Shown here piece after piece: positions 47,918 through 56,753 of a stretch of DNA of 64,000 nucleotides. Positions within the stretch are counted from its first letter, which is position 1, and the number at the start of each line of letters is the position of its first letter. The stretch lies in assembly GCA_964406735.1 (NCBI GenBank), contig CAYOSU010000001.1, forward strand, positions 109,924-173,923, in the 5' to 3' direction. The translations under genes and the position numbers were made by a program. The notes below the pieces were generated by a model, which saw only the letters and a list, made by a program, of their open reading frames with translations, made no database searches and was not told the DNA's origin. This DNA is from an uncultured Clostridia bacterium. Lineage in GTDB: Bacteria > Bacillota > Clostridia > Christensenellales > CAMQZB01.

Positions 47918-47939
47918 TATAGTAAAACAGTATATAAAA

Positions 47940-47968
47940 ACGAGACGACTTGATCTGTCGTCTCGTTT
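47940..47968. terminator. Bidirectional intrinsic terminator
   Basis: ACGAGACGAC-TTGATCT-GTCGTCTCGT flanked by A- and T-runs. Confidence 0.8.
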
Positions 47969-47986
47969 CGTATTTTGTTGATGAAA

Positions 47987-48907
47987 TTAAGCGTTCAATT
48001 TAGAAAGCTCTACTGCGATACTGCTTGCAAGGCGTGCGTTGTTATAAACGAGCTCGATGTTGGAGTGCAAGCTCTCTCCGCCTGTGAGCTTTTGTATCTT
48101 GTCAAGGAGGAAGGGTGTGATGTTCTTGCCCTTAACGCCCTTTTCTTCCGCTTCCTTAACGGCGTCTTCGATATTCTTGTTGATGTAGTCCTTATCCATA
48201 GAGAACTCTTCGGGGATAGGGTTGGTTACGAGCATACCGCTTTTCAAACCGATCTTCTCTTTGCAATAGAACGCAGCGGCGATCTCCTCAGGGGTGTCGA
48301 GGCGATAGTCGACCTTAAAGTCGCTGCTTCTCGTATAGAACGCAGGAAGCTCGTTTGTGCCGTAGCCGACTACCGCAACGCCTCTCGTTTCGAGGCATTC
48401 GAGCGTAAGTCCCAAGTCAAGTATGGACTTTGCGCCTGCGCAAACGACCATAACGGGTGTCTGTGCAAGCTCGTCGAGGTCTGCGGAGATGTCCATCGTC
48501 TTTTCTGCACCTCTGTGTACGCCGCCGATGCCGCCCGTTGCGAACACCTTAACGCCTGCAAGAGCTGCGATATACATCGTTGCCGCAACGGTGGTTGCGC
48601 CGTCAGCCTTTTTAGCTACGACGAACGGGATATCCCTTCTCGATACCTTGGCAACGTCAAGTCCGCCTTTTCCGAGACGCTCTATATCTTCATGCGAGCA
48701 ACCGACCGTCAACATACCGCCGATGATAGCGATAGTTGCGGGAATAGCGCCGCTTTTTCTTACGACTTCTTCGACCTTAAGTGCCGTTTCGACATTCTGC
48801 GGATAGGGCATACCGTGTGAAATAATGGTCGACTCCAATGCTACGACGGGCTTGTTTTCCGCTAAAGCCTTAGCGACCTCGTCAGATACTCTCAAAAATT
48901 TATTCAT
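47987..48907 (-). CDS. psuG: Pseudouridine-5'-phosphate glycosidase
   Basis: The start MNKFLRVSDEVAKALAENKPVVALESTIISHGMPYPQN is 6 nt after AAGGAGA, and the protein is YeiN-like throughout. The ATG overlaps the psuK stop as ATGA. Confidence 0.9.
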   Translation of the reverse strand: MNKFLRVSDEVAKALAENKPVVALESTIISHGMPYPQNVETALKVEEVVRKSGAIPATIAIIGGMLTVGCSHEDIERLGKGGLDVAKVSRRDIPFVVAKKADGATTVAATMYIAALAGVKVFATGGIGGVHRGAEKTMDISADLDELAQTPVMVVCAGAKSILDLGLTLECLETRGVAVVGYGTNELPAFYTRSSDFKVDYRLDTPEEIAAAFYCKEKIGLKSGMLVTNPIPEEFSMDKDYINKNIEDAVKEAEEKGVKGKNITPFLLDKIQKLTGGESLHSNIELVYNNARLASSIAVELSKLNA

Positions 48908-49821
48908 AAACATTCTCCTTTTAGAATTTTTTCTACGTTTTTTCTCGTTACCTTGTCGGAAACGGTTTTTGCATCGCTTACCGTTATGGATGCAACGGCC
49001 GATGCGAAGCGCACTCTCTCGGGAAGCGAAAGCCCCTCGCAATAGCTTGCGATAAGCCCTGCCAGGAAGGAATCTCCTGCACCCGTCGTGCTTACGGGCG
49101 TTGACTTGAAAGCAGGCTCTTTGCCAAATACTGAGCCACTGCTGTAATAAGCCCCCTTGTCACCAAGCGTTATAAAGACCTCTTCCACTCCTTTTTCGTG
49201 GATAACGGCGGCGGCACGCTTTATGTCGTCTTCGCCTTCAATTTTGATGCCCGACAGGATCTCTGCCTCGTAAACGTTAGGCTTCAACGCCTTTATGTTG
49301 TGGAGCTTGTCTACGATAAGCTCTGTCTTTTTGGCAGATACCGTATCGATAAAAAGCGGCACGGTAACGTTTTCTTGCAGGTATCCGAGGCAATTAGGGA
49401 TGTTGGTATCCGCAACTACGCAGGTTGCGTTGTTGATAACATCGAGCTTCTCGGAAAGATATTGCGGCGTAAGCCTGTCGAGAACGTCCATGTCGGAAAG
49501 TCCTATAAACATGTCGTTCGAGATGTCGTTGAGGCACATGTATACCGACGAGCGTTCATCATCGAGTGTCAGCGAGTGCGATATGTCGATACCGAGTGCT
49601 TCGAGCGATCTTTTAAGTCCGTCGGCGAAGCTGTCTCCGCCAAACGCCGTAATGAAAACGACGTTGTGCCCAAGCCTGCGGAGATTTTCTGTGATGTTTC
49701 TCGCGACTCCTCCGTAGGTTATCTTCATATGTCCGGGATTGCTGTCGAACGTTTTGAGTTTAGCCTTTGGCGTGCCAATAATATCTATGTTAGCTCCGCC
49801 TATGACGCATACGTATCCCAT
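48904..49821 (-). CDS. psuK: PfkB-family carbohydrate kinase, probable pseudouridine kinase
   Basis: The start is MGYVCVIGGANIDI, with the C-terminal PfkB motif TTGAGDSFLAG. It is coupled to psuG. Confidence 0.75.
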   Translation of the reverse strand: MGYVCVIGGANIDIIGTPKAKLKTFDSNPGHMKITYGGVARNITENLRRLGHNVVFITAFGGDSFADGLKRSLEALGIDISHSLTLDDERSSVYMCLNDISNDMFIGLSDMDVLDRLTPQYLSEKLDVINNATCVVADTNIPNCLGYLQENVTVPLFIDTVSAKKTELIVDKLHNIKALKPNVYEAEILSGIKIEGEDDIKRAAAVIHEKGVEEVFITLGDKGAYYSSGSVFGKEPAFKSTPVSTTGAGDSFLAGLIASYCEGLSLPERVRFASAVASITVSDAKTVSDKVTRKNVEKILKGECL

Positions 49822-49852
49822 TAGTAATACTCCCGATAAGTGATATATCGGT

Positions 49853-49881
49853 ATTATAGCAGATATTTTCGCAGTTGGCAA
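49853..49881 (-). promoter_or_regulatory. Putative sigma-A promoter of psuK-psuG
   Basis: Minus strand TTGCCA, a 17-nt spacer, then TATAAT. Confidence 0.55.
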
Positions 49882-49945
49882 TGTAAATTCCGCCAATCGC
49901 TATCCTATTTTATTATTACCTATATATAATAATGATATATATAGC

Positions 49946-50641
49946 TTAAAGGACTGCGCATGCGATAAAGCCCGAAAGAAACCCTATTGAGGTAAAAAGC
50001 AGCGAGTTTTCCGTCTTTGCGTTCTGACTACCTTGCGGAAGTATCTCCGAGAAGGTAACGAAGGTCATACTGCCTGCCGCAAGAGATAGACACGAGCAAA
50101 TAAATACGGGCGACGAGAGTGAGAGAAACTGTCCTACGACGCCGCCAAGCGCCGTAGGCGCACCTGCAAGTGCGGAAAGAAGCAGCGCGTAGCCGCAAGA
50201 TCTTCCGCTTTGTAGAATAGGGAGTGAAAGCGCAAGTCCCTCGGGGATGTTGTGTATAGCGATCAAAACAGCGATTGTAAGTCCTATCGCCGCTACCTCA
50301 CCGCCACCGATGGCAAGCCCTTCCGGGAAGTTGTGAATAGCTATTGCGAGGAATACGAGCATACTGCTCTGTGTTTTCCTGCTTTTACCCTCAAAGAGAA
50401 TGTTTGCGAATATAACTACGATAACGCCGGCAACGAATGAGAGAACGATGTTTATAAGGCTTCCCTGCAAAAGAGCTTCGGGGATAAGCTCGAACGATAC
50501 GATGGCGAGCATAAATCCGCCTGCAAAAAGAGAGGATATGGCGGCAAGGCGACCTGACTTTCTCACAAAAAGGGCTATTATGCCTCCGAGAAGCGTTCCG
50601 ATAACGCCGGCGGCGGTAGATATCAAAAGAACTTTCAGCAT
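49946..50641 (-). CDS. ZIP family metal (zinc) transporter
   Basis: The start is MLKVLLISTAAGVIGTLLGG. The motifs AIAIHNFPEGLAIG and LIAIHNIPEGLALS are typical of ZupT-like proteins. Confidence 0.8.
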   Translation of the reverse strand: MLKVLLISTAAGVIGTLLGGIIALFVRKSGRLAAISSLFAGGFMLAIVSFELIPEALLQGSLINIVLSFVAGVIVVIFANILFEGKSRKTQSSMLVFLAIAIHNFPEGLAIGGGEVAAIGLTIAVLIAIHNIPEGLALSLPILQSGRSCGYALLLSALAGAPTALGGVVGQFLSLSSPVFICSCLSLAAGSMTFVTFSEILPQGSQNAKTENSLLFTSIGFLSGFIACAVL

Positions 50642-50718
50642 AATAAAATATACTTGCGAAAAAGGCGGGGTAGAATTGAAAAACACCATATTTTTAGCGA
50701 AAAAACAACTAAAAAGTG

Positions 50719-50747
50719 TTGACATATTTGCTTTTCTTTGTTAAAAT
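50719..50747 (+). promoter_or_regulatory. Putative sigma-A promoter of rpmG-secE-nusG
   Basis: TTGACA, a 17-nt spacer, then TAAAAT. Confidence 0.6.
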
Positions 50748-50823
50748 ACTTAAGCACTCTCAGAAGAGGGTGTTCTTTTTACGATGCAAAAAATGTAAAA
50801 ATGTCAACTTGGAGGATATATTT

Positions 50824-50973
50824 ATGAGAACAAAAATCACGCTTGCATGCACGGAGTGCAAACAGAGAAACTACGACACGACGAAGAATAAGAAAAACAC
50901 TCCCGACAGGATCGAGATCAGCAAATACTGCAGATTCTGCAAGAAGCACACTGTTCACAAAGAATCCAAATAA
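50824..50973 (+). CDS. rpmG: 50S ribosomal protein L33 (zinc-ribbon form)
   Basis: 49 aa, [17 protein letters not shown]...[12 protein letters not shown], following GGAGG. Confidence 0.95.
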   Translation: MRTKITLACTECKQRNYDTTKNKKNTPDRIEISKYCRFCKKHTVHKESK

Positions 50974-50984
50974 GGTATACGCAA

Positions 50985-51329
50985 ATGGCTAAGAACAAAG
51001 AAGTAGAAAACGTCGGAGCTCAGCAGGTAGACAATACCGAGCTCGTTTCTCTCGAGGCTAAGGCAAAAGGCAAAAAGGCAGTAGCTGAGGAGAAAGCAGA
51101 CGCAAAAGAAGCCGCAAAGGCAAAAAAGACCAAAAAGGTCGCAACGAACAAGAAAACTCTCGGTCAGAAGATCAAAGAGATCTTTTCCGAGCTCAAAAAA
51201 GTATCGTGGCCTTCTTTCACAAAGGTATTGAAGCAGACGGGCGTAGTAATTGCGGTCGTAGTGTTCTTCCTTATCGTTATCGGCGTAGCGGATACCGCCC
51301 TTGCGTGGCTTTTTAACTTATTAGTATAA
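50985..51329 (+). CDS. secE: Preprotein translocase subunit SecE with a long Lys/Ala-rich N-terminal extension
   Basis: The C-terminal 55 aa (IFSELKKVSWPSFTKVLKQTGVVIAVVVFFLIVIG) are SecE-like. It sits between rpmG and nusG. Confidence 0.85.
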   Translation: MAKNKEVENVGAQQVDNTELVSLEAKAKGKKAVAEEKADAKEAAKAKKTKKVATNKKTLGQKIKEIFSELKKVSWPSFTKVLKQTGVVIAVVVFFLIVIGVADTALAWLFNLLV

Positions 51330-51865
51330 TGGCAGAAAAGACGGAAGCAAAATGGTACGTTCTCCATACGTTCTCGGGCTACGAGGCTATGGTAAAGGAC
51401 AGTCTGGAAAAGTTAATTGAAAATAACAATCTCCAAGAATACATTTTTGATATCCAGATACCTATGGAAGAAACGATAGAGGAGAAAGCGAACGGCAAGA
51501 AAAAGGTCGTTTTGAGAAAGCTTATCCCCTGCTACGTTTTCGTAAAGATAGCGTACACCAACGACTTGTGGTTCTTGATTACGAACACGAGAGGCGTTAC
51601 GGGCTTCGTAGGTCCGGGAGGAAGACCTCTTCCTTTGACGGAGGATGAAGTAAAGCGTATGCGCCTTGAAAGACCCAAGGCTGAGGATGTTAAAGTCAGC
51701 GTCGGCGACGAGATCAAGGTCGTTGATGGTGCACTTAACGGATTTGCGGGCTTTGTTACCGAAGTTAACAACACGACTAACAAAGTAAGAGCAAAGGTAT
51801 CGATGTTTGGCAGAGATACCGAAGTAGACCTCGACTTCGAACAAATAGAGGTATTGAATGCGTAA
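51329..51865 (+). CDS. nusG: Transcription termination/antitermination factor NusG
   Basis: 178 aa with the NGN domain WYVLHTFSGYE and a KOW motif near the C-terminus. Confidence 0.95.
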   Translation: MAEKTEAKWYVLHTFSGYEAMVKDSLEKLIENNNLQEYIFDIQIPMEETIEEKANGKKKVVLRKLIPCYVFVKIAYTNDLWFLITNTRGVTGFVGPGGRPLPLTEDEVKRMRLERPKAEDVKVSVGDEIKVVDGALNGFAGFVTEVNNTTNKVRAKVSMFGRDTEVDLDFEQIEVLNA

Positions 51866-51970
51866 AGGTCAAACGGTGAGAAATCCGTTTGCGGCGCTGC
51901 GAAAGCAGAGCTAAATATGTTGGGAGACTTTGCAGAGCAAAGTCGCTAATAACCACAGGAGGAATTTATT

Positions 51971-52396
51971 ATGGCAAAGAAAGTTACAGCAGTTGTCAAA
52001 TTACAATTGCCGGCAGGCAAGGCAACCCCGGGTCCTCCGGTAGGTTCGACCTTGGGACCTCACGGAATCAACATTCCCGGTTTCACGAAAGACTTCAACG
52101 CAAGAACTGCAGATAAAGCAGGTCTTATCATTCCTGTAATCATCACGATCTATCAGGACAGATCTTTCACGTTCGAACTCAAAACGCCCCCTGCACCTGT
52201 TCTTATCAAGAAGGCATGCGGAATCGAAAGTGGATCCGCTAAGCCCAACAAGGACAAAGTTGCAAAGATCACAGACGCACAGGTAGAAGAGATCGCTAAG
52301 ACGAAGATGGCAGACCTCAATGCAGCTTCTTTGGAGGCAGCAAAGAGCATGATCGCCGGAACCGCTCGCAGCATGGGCGTCGTAGTAGAAGGTTAA
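51971..52396 (+). CDS. rplK: 50S ribosomal protein L11
   Basis: 141 aa, [25 protein letters not shown]. Confidence 0.97.
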   Translation: MAKKVTAVVKLQLPAGKATPGPPVGSTLGPHGINIPGFTKDFNARTADKAGLIIPVIITIYQDRSFTFELKTPPAPVLIKKACGIESGSAKPNKDKVAKITDAQVEEIAKTKMADLNAASLEAAKSMIAGTARSMGVVVEG

Positions 52397-52410
52397 GGAG
52401 GTACTTTTAG

Positions 52411-53100
52411 ATGAAACACGGAAAGAAATATGTAGAAAGTGCCAAATTGATCGAAAAGAAGGCATATGATCAGTCCGAAGCTATCAAGACCGTCATCGAC
52501 AGCGCAAAAGCTAACTTCGATGAGACGATCGAACTTCACGTAAACCTCGGCGTAGATCCCCGTCATGCGGATCAGCAGGTTCGTGGCGTTGTCGTTCTTC
52601 CGAACGGAACAGGTAAGACCGTAAGAGTTTTGGTTATCGCTAAGGGCGAAAAGGCAGATATCGCGAAGGCTGCAGGTGCGGATTTCGTAGGTGCAGAAGA
52701 AGTTATCGCAAAGATCCAGAACGAAGGATGGTTCGGCTTTGACGTATGTATCACGACTCCCGACATGATGGGTCTCGTTGGCCGTATCGGTAAGCTTCTC
52801 GGTCCTAAGGGACTTATGCCTAACCCGAAGTCCGGTACCGTTACTCCTGACGTAGCGAAGGCTGTTGCCGACGTTAAAGCAGGTAAGGTCGAGTACAGAC
52901 TTGACAAGCAGGCGATCATTCACTGCCCCATCGGAAAGAAGTCTTTCGGCGCAGAAAAGATCGAAGAGAACTTCAACGCACTTATGGGTGCTATCGTCAA
53001 GGCTAAACCCGCTGCTGCAAAGGGAACGTACATCAAGAACGTTACGCTTGCAACGACCATGGGCCCTGGCGTAAAGGTAAACTTCAAATACGGAGTTTAA
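52411..53100 (+). CDS. rplA: 50S ribosomal protein L1
   Basis: 229 aa, with [24 protein letters not shown]. Confidence 0.97.
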   Translation: MKHGKKYVESAKLIEKKAYDQSEAIKTVIDSAKANFDETIELHVNLGVDPRHADQQVRGVVVLPNGTGKTVRVLVIAKGEKADIAKAAGADFVGAEEVIAKIQNEGWFGFDVCITTPDMMGLVGRIGKLLGPKGLMPNPKSGTVTPDVAKAVADVKAGKVEYRLDKQAIIHCPIGKKSFGAEKIEENFNALMGAIVKAKPAAAKGTYIKNVTLATTMGPGVKVNFKYGV

Positions 53101-53124
53101 TTTAACTTAAAAATAAAATACTTG

Positions 53125-53270
53125 AAAATAAGCCAAAGACAGCAAGTTGCGCAAAGCAGTAACGTTTCTTAACGCTTGCCGAGGCTATAAGAGTAAACAA
53201 AGGATTTCCTTAAATACCCTTGTAGGCAAAGGCTTATGAGGGTATTTTTATTTAGGGCAATGCCCGAAAA
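53125..53270 (+). promoter_or_regulatory. Probable ribosomal protein L10 leader (autoregulatory attenuator of rplJ-rplL)
   Basis: A 188-nt structured gap lies before rplJ. The terminator-like hairpin AAATACCCT...AGGGTATTT + TTT sits at 53212-53249, followed by GGGCA-A-TGCCC. Its position matches the Firmicute L10 leader. Confidence 0.5.
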
Positions 53271-53288
53271 TATATAAAGGAGGACACT

Positions 53289-53798
53289 ATGTCAGAAGCA
53301 ATCATCAATGCAAAACGCGGCGAGGTCGAGGCTATTAAGGAAAAGATCCAGAACGCCAAGGCTGTCGTACTCGTAGACTACAAGGGCTTGACAGTTGATC
53401 AGGATACCAAGCTTCGTACGGCTATCCGTAAGGCAGGAGTTGAATATAAGGTTTTGAAGAATACTTATGTTCGTCGTGCTTTCGATGAGCTTGGAATTAC
53501 GGCTTTCGACGAGGCTTTGAACGGACCTACGGCTGTTGCTTTCGGAAACGAAGACGAAGCAACGACCTGCAAGATCGTTTACGATCAGGCAAAAGCTTTG
53601 AACGATAAGTTCAACATCAAGTGCGGTCTCGTTGGCGGAGAGTTTGCAGACGCAAATGAGATCGAAGTTCTCGCTAAGCTTCCTTCGAAGCAGGAGCTTA
53701 TTGCAAAGCTCATGGCGACGATCAACGCTCCCGTTCAGTACGTCGTATACGCTCTCAACGCGATCAAAGAGAAAGAAGAAGAAAACGCAAACGCTTAA
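53289..53798 (+). CDS. rplJ: 50S ribosomal protein L10
   Basis: 169 aa in the expected position, following AAAGGAGG. Confidence 0.95.
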   Translation: MSEAIINAKRGEVEAIKEKIQNAKAVVLVDYKGLTVDQDTKLRTAIRKAGVEYKVLKNTYVRRAFDELGITAFDEALNGPTAVAFGNEDEATTCKIVYDQAKALNDKFNIKCGLVGGEFADANEIEVLAKLPSKQELIAKLMATINAPVQYVVYALNAIKEKEEENANA

Positions 53799-53849
53799 TA
53801 AGTTAAGCAAAAATTTTAGAAATTATCAAAAAATCGGAGGATAATAAAA

Positions 53850-54224
53850 ATGGCAGACCTTAAGAAAATTGTTGATGAAATTAAGGAATTGAAGGTTACA
53901 GAAGTTGCTGAGCTTATTAAGCTCATGGAAGAAGAGTTCGGCGTATCTGCTGCTCCCGTAGCAGTTGCTGGCGCTGCAGTTGCTGGTGGCGCTGCTGCTC
54001 CCGCTGAAGAAGAGAAGACTGAGTTCAACGTTAAGCTCAAAGATATCGGCGGCAACAAGATCGCTGTCATCAAGGCTGTTCGTGAGATAACCGGTCTCGG
54101 ACTCGTTGACGCTAAGAACCTCGTTGAGGGTCTCGGCACTGTTAAGGAAGCTCTTCCCAAGGCTGAAGCTGAAGCTGTTGTTGCTAAGCTCAAAGAGGCT
54201 GGCGCAGAAGCTGTTATGGACTAA
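53850..54224 (+). CDS. rplL: 50S ribosomal protein L7/L12
   Basis: 124 aa with an Ala-rich hinge and the C-terminal domain [24 protein letters not shown]. Confidence 0.97.
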   Translation: MADLKKIVDEIKELKVTEVAELIKLMEEEFGVSAAPVAVAGAAVAGGAAAPAEEEKTEFNVKLKDIGGNKIAVIKAVREITGLGLVDAKNLVEGLGTVKEALPKAEAEAVVAKLKEAGAEAVMD

Positions 54225-54252
54225 TTCCTACAGAAAACTTTTTCAAAGATCA

Positions 54253-54286
54253 AAAGACCTTGCAAATACCGCAAGGTCTTTTTTTA
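54253..54286. terminator. Bidirectional intrinsic terminator
   Basis: AAAGACCTTGC-AAATACC-GCAAGGTCTTT followed by a T-run. Confidence 0.85.
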
Positions 54287-54318
54287 TGCAAATTTCGTCT
54301 TGGTTTATCTTGAAAGAG

Positions 54319-54846
54319 TCATTTCTTTTTCATTACGTCGTTTTTGAGAACTACGAGGTTTTCGGCAAGCTTTTCGTACGGCAAAGCGCAGTTGGTTTTG
54401 AGCCAATCCTCGATAATCCCTGAGAATCCGTAAAGCAAGAATGAATACCGTAGCTTTCTTTCGGGCGGAAGTGAATCGGTCTTGTAATAGCTTGCGAAGA
54501 ATTTGTATATACGGGGAAGTAACCTGCTCCCCGAGCTTTCGCCGAAAAGCAGTAGGCATTTTTCCTTGTTTGCGTCCAATAGCTTGAGCACGTTAAAAAC
54601 CGCTTCGTTTATGTCTTTTGACTGTACGATAGCCGCCTTCGTGATGTCGTCGAACATCTCCGTCTCGATAGACTCCAAAAGGTCGTATTGGTTGTCGTAG
54701 TAGCGATAAAACGTCGCTCGGTTTATCTCTGCGAGCTTGCAGATGTCTGTAACGGTAATGTCCACGACGTTGCGGTCTTGCAATAACTTGAAAAACGCGT
54801 CGTTAATGACCGATTTAGTGTATTTTATTCTGTTATCCAATCCCAT
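54319..54846 (-). CDS. TetR/AcrR family transcriptional regulator
   Basis: 175 aa with the N-terminal HTH ITVTDICKLAEINRATFYRYYDNQYDLL. Confidence 0.85.
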   Translation of the reverse strand: MGLDNRIKYTKSVINDAFFKLLQDRNVVDITVTDICKLAEINRATFYRYYDNQYDLLESIETEMFDDITKAAIVQSKDINEAVFNVLKLLDANKEKCLLLFGESSGSRLLPRIYKFFASYYKTDSLPPERKLRYSFLLYGFSGIIEDWLKTNCALPYEKLAENLVVLKNDVMKKK

Positions 54847-54995
54847 AACGCTCCTTGTGCAACGGATTTGCGAAAATCGTTTAACATTTTTCGTTGTGTT
54901 TTTAATCGTTGCTCGCTTTTTGCCTATATTATACTATAATAAAACCGAATTAGCAACAGTTGTTGAACAAATTTCTTTTGTTGAAGAGGTTTCAG

Positions 54996-55505
54996 GTGGA
55001 CGATATAATTTCAAGCTATTCTTTATCGCCGTGGGAGTATGCGCTTGCAATATTTTTGTATGCGGCGTATCTGTGCTTCGTCATGTTCGGAGGACTCAAA
55101 AAGAGACGAGTCAAGCCAATAAAATACGCTATACTTGCCGCATTGATGCTGTACGGCGTGATAGAACTGTTCGACGGCTATCACGGTGATGCATCGTGGG
55201 TAAATTTCATCTTCGTGACCCTGCTTGCGGTCGGTAAGGGAATATTCATGGGCAAGAAGAAGATGGTTGAATATATCGACGGCAAGTATTATATCCACCA
55301 CGACAAGAAGTATATAATATGGTGGGCGATACTGTTCGTCGCAAAGCTTATAGTTTCAAATATCTTCAAGACAGTCTTTGATGGCGATGTGACCCTGTGG
55401 CAGACGGTATATTACTTAGCGCTATACTACGTCGCAAGAACGGTTGCGGTGTACGCATTTAACCCCTGCCTGTATAGGAAACAGCGCAAGGAACATCAGA
55501 AATAA
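54996..55505 (+). CDS. Small multi-pass membrane protein (possibly DUF1453/CcdC-like), divergent from the TetR gene
   Basis: It has four hydrophobic segments. A GTG at 54996 follows GAAGAGG; the TTG at 54960 is the alternative start. The family call is tentative. Confidence 0.5.
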   Translation: MDDIISSYSLSPWEYALAIFLYAAYLCFVMFGGLKKRRVKPIKYAILAALMLYGVIELFDGYHGDASWVNFIFVTLLAVGKGIFMGKKKMVEYIDGKYYIHHDKKYIIWWAILFVAKLIVSNIFKTVFDGDVTLWQTVYYLALYYVARTVAVYAFNPCLYRKQRKEHQK

Positions 55506-55563
55506 AAGTAAAGCAACAAAAAAAGAGGGAAGCGGTCTTGTTTCCCTCATAATTTTTATAATG

Positions 55564-56559
55564 TCAACCGAGCTTATAGCCTCTGAACGATCTTAAGGAG
55601 AATGGCAGTAGCCCTGCTCCGTACTTTTTCGCGCCTGCCTCGAAGCCTACCAAGACCATACCGTTCTCGTAGTCGAGATCCTCGCTCATATGAGGCATCG
55701 TAACAACACTTTCAAGCGTGTTTGAGTCAAGGAAATATAGAGGTACTTTTTCTCCGTTATACTCCGTATATTGTGAAGTTTCGCTATCGCTTAGGTCGTA
55801 GATATAAAGGTGAGAGTTCTTCAGCCCTGCGGAGGTCGAAAGCACGCATTTGCCGCTTGAGGTAACACAAAAGCCCTGTACGATGTCACGAACGGAAAGT
55901 GCAACGACGGGCTTTTCTGTATCAACGCCAAAGGGCTTTGAGTCGTCTCGCAAATAACCGTAGATCATCGCACTGTGGTTTTCTCCATCCGTTGCGACGA
56001 AGTGATTTTCATCACGGGTCTTATAGCTGTCGCCGTTTGCGTATTCACCTATCCAAAAAAGCTCTTCGTCCGAGAAAGTGAACGATGCATTGACGCCGAC
56101 GTCAAAATATCCGTCGAAAGCGACCGTATCGCCACTTGTTGCGTTTTTGATAACGTCCGTCGTCAAATGGAACGCCTTTTTCTGATTGCTTATCCAGACG
56201 TGCTCGCCTGACGTAGAAATGCCTCCTGCGTGCCCCGTATAAGACTCGCCGTTTTCCCTTTGAAGCTCGAGAGATTTAACGCTCCCGTCCTTTTCGATAA
56301 CGTAAATTCTTGACGGAGAGTCGGAGAAATACCCGCAGCAAAGGTATGCGTCAAGCGTTTCCGAATAACAAAGCCCTTGCGGAATAAACCCCTCCGAAAG
56401 CCCCGGGATGTTACCGAGTTTTTCTGAATTGCCCATAAAATCGGAATAAAATATCGGCGTCGAGTAACAAAGAAGTGTGTATAGCAATAAGAACGCAACG
56501 ATTGCGATAAGCACCGACAAAACGACCCTTTTCGGGCTTCGTATCTTTTTAGAGGACAT
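55564..56559 (-). CDS. Hypothetical membrane-anchored extracytoplasmic protein
   Basis: 331 aa with the N-terminal anchor VVLSVLIAIVAFLLLYTLL and a beta-rich remainder. No motif was recognised. Confidence 0.55.
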   Translation of the reverse strand: MSSKKIRSPKRVVLSVLIAIVAFLLLYTLLCYSTPIFYSDFMGNSEKLGNIPGLSEGFIPQGLCYSETLDAYLCCGYFSDSPSRIYVIEKDGSVKSLELQRENGESYTGHAGGISTSGEHVWISNQKKAFHLTTDVIKNATSGDTVAFDGYFDVGVNASFTFSDEELFWIGEYANGDSYKTRDENHFVATDGENHSAMIYGYLRDDSKPFGVDTEKPVVALSVRDIVQGFCVTSSGKCVLSTSAGLKNSHLYIYDLSDSETSQYTEYNGEKVPLYFLDSNTLESVVTMPHMSEDLDYENGMVLVGFEAGAKKYGAGLLPFSLRSFRGYKLG

Positions 56560-56753
56560 AAGCTCTCCTTTTTCGCATTTATACGCTAATTTTACTATCG
56601 ATGAAGCCTTTTGTCAATAATGGTATACAGACTTTTGACAAAAACCGACGGAATCACATTATTCAATTTACCGTTGAGTTACTTTAACGAACTAAATAAT
56701 CGTTGACAAAGGTGAGGTGCTGTTGTATAATTACAAAAAATAGGAGGACAACT

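Noticed and set aside
47975-48820. 281-aa plus-strand ORF (and the similar ORF at 49198-49824)
   Set aside because: They are antisense to the well-supported psuG and psuK genes, and their translations have no motifs and a skewed composition.
51866-51970. Structured nusG-rplK spacer considered as an L1/L11 autoregulatory leader
   Set aside because: Three short hairpins are visible, but I cannot match them to a defined leader consensus from memory. It was left unannotated.
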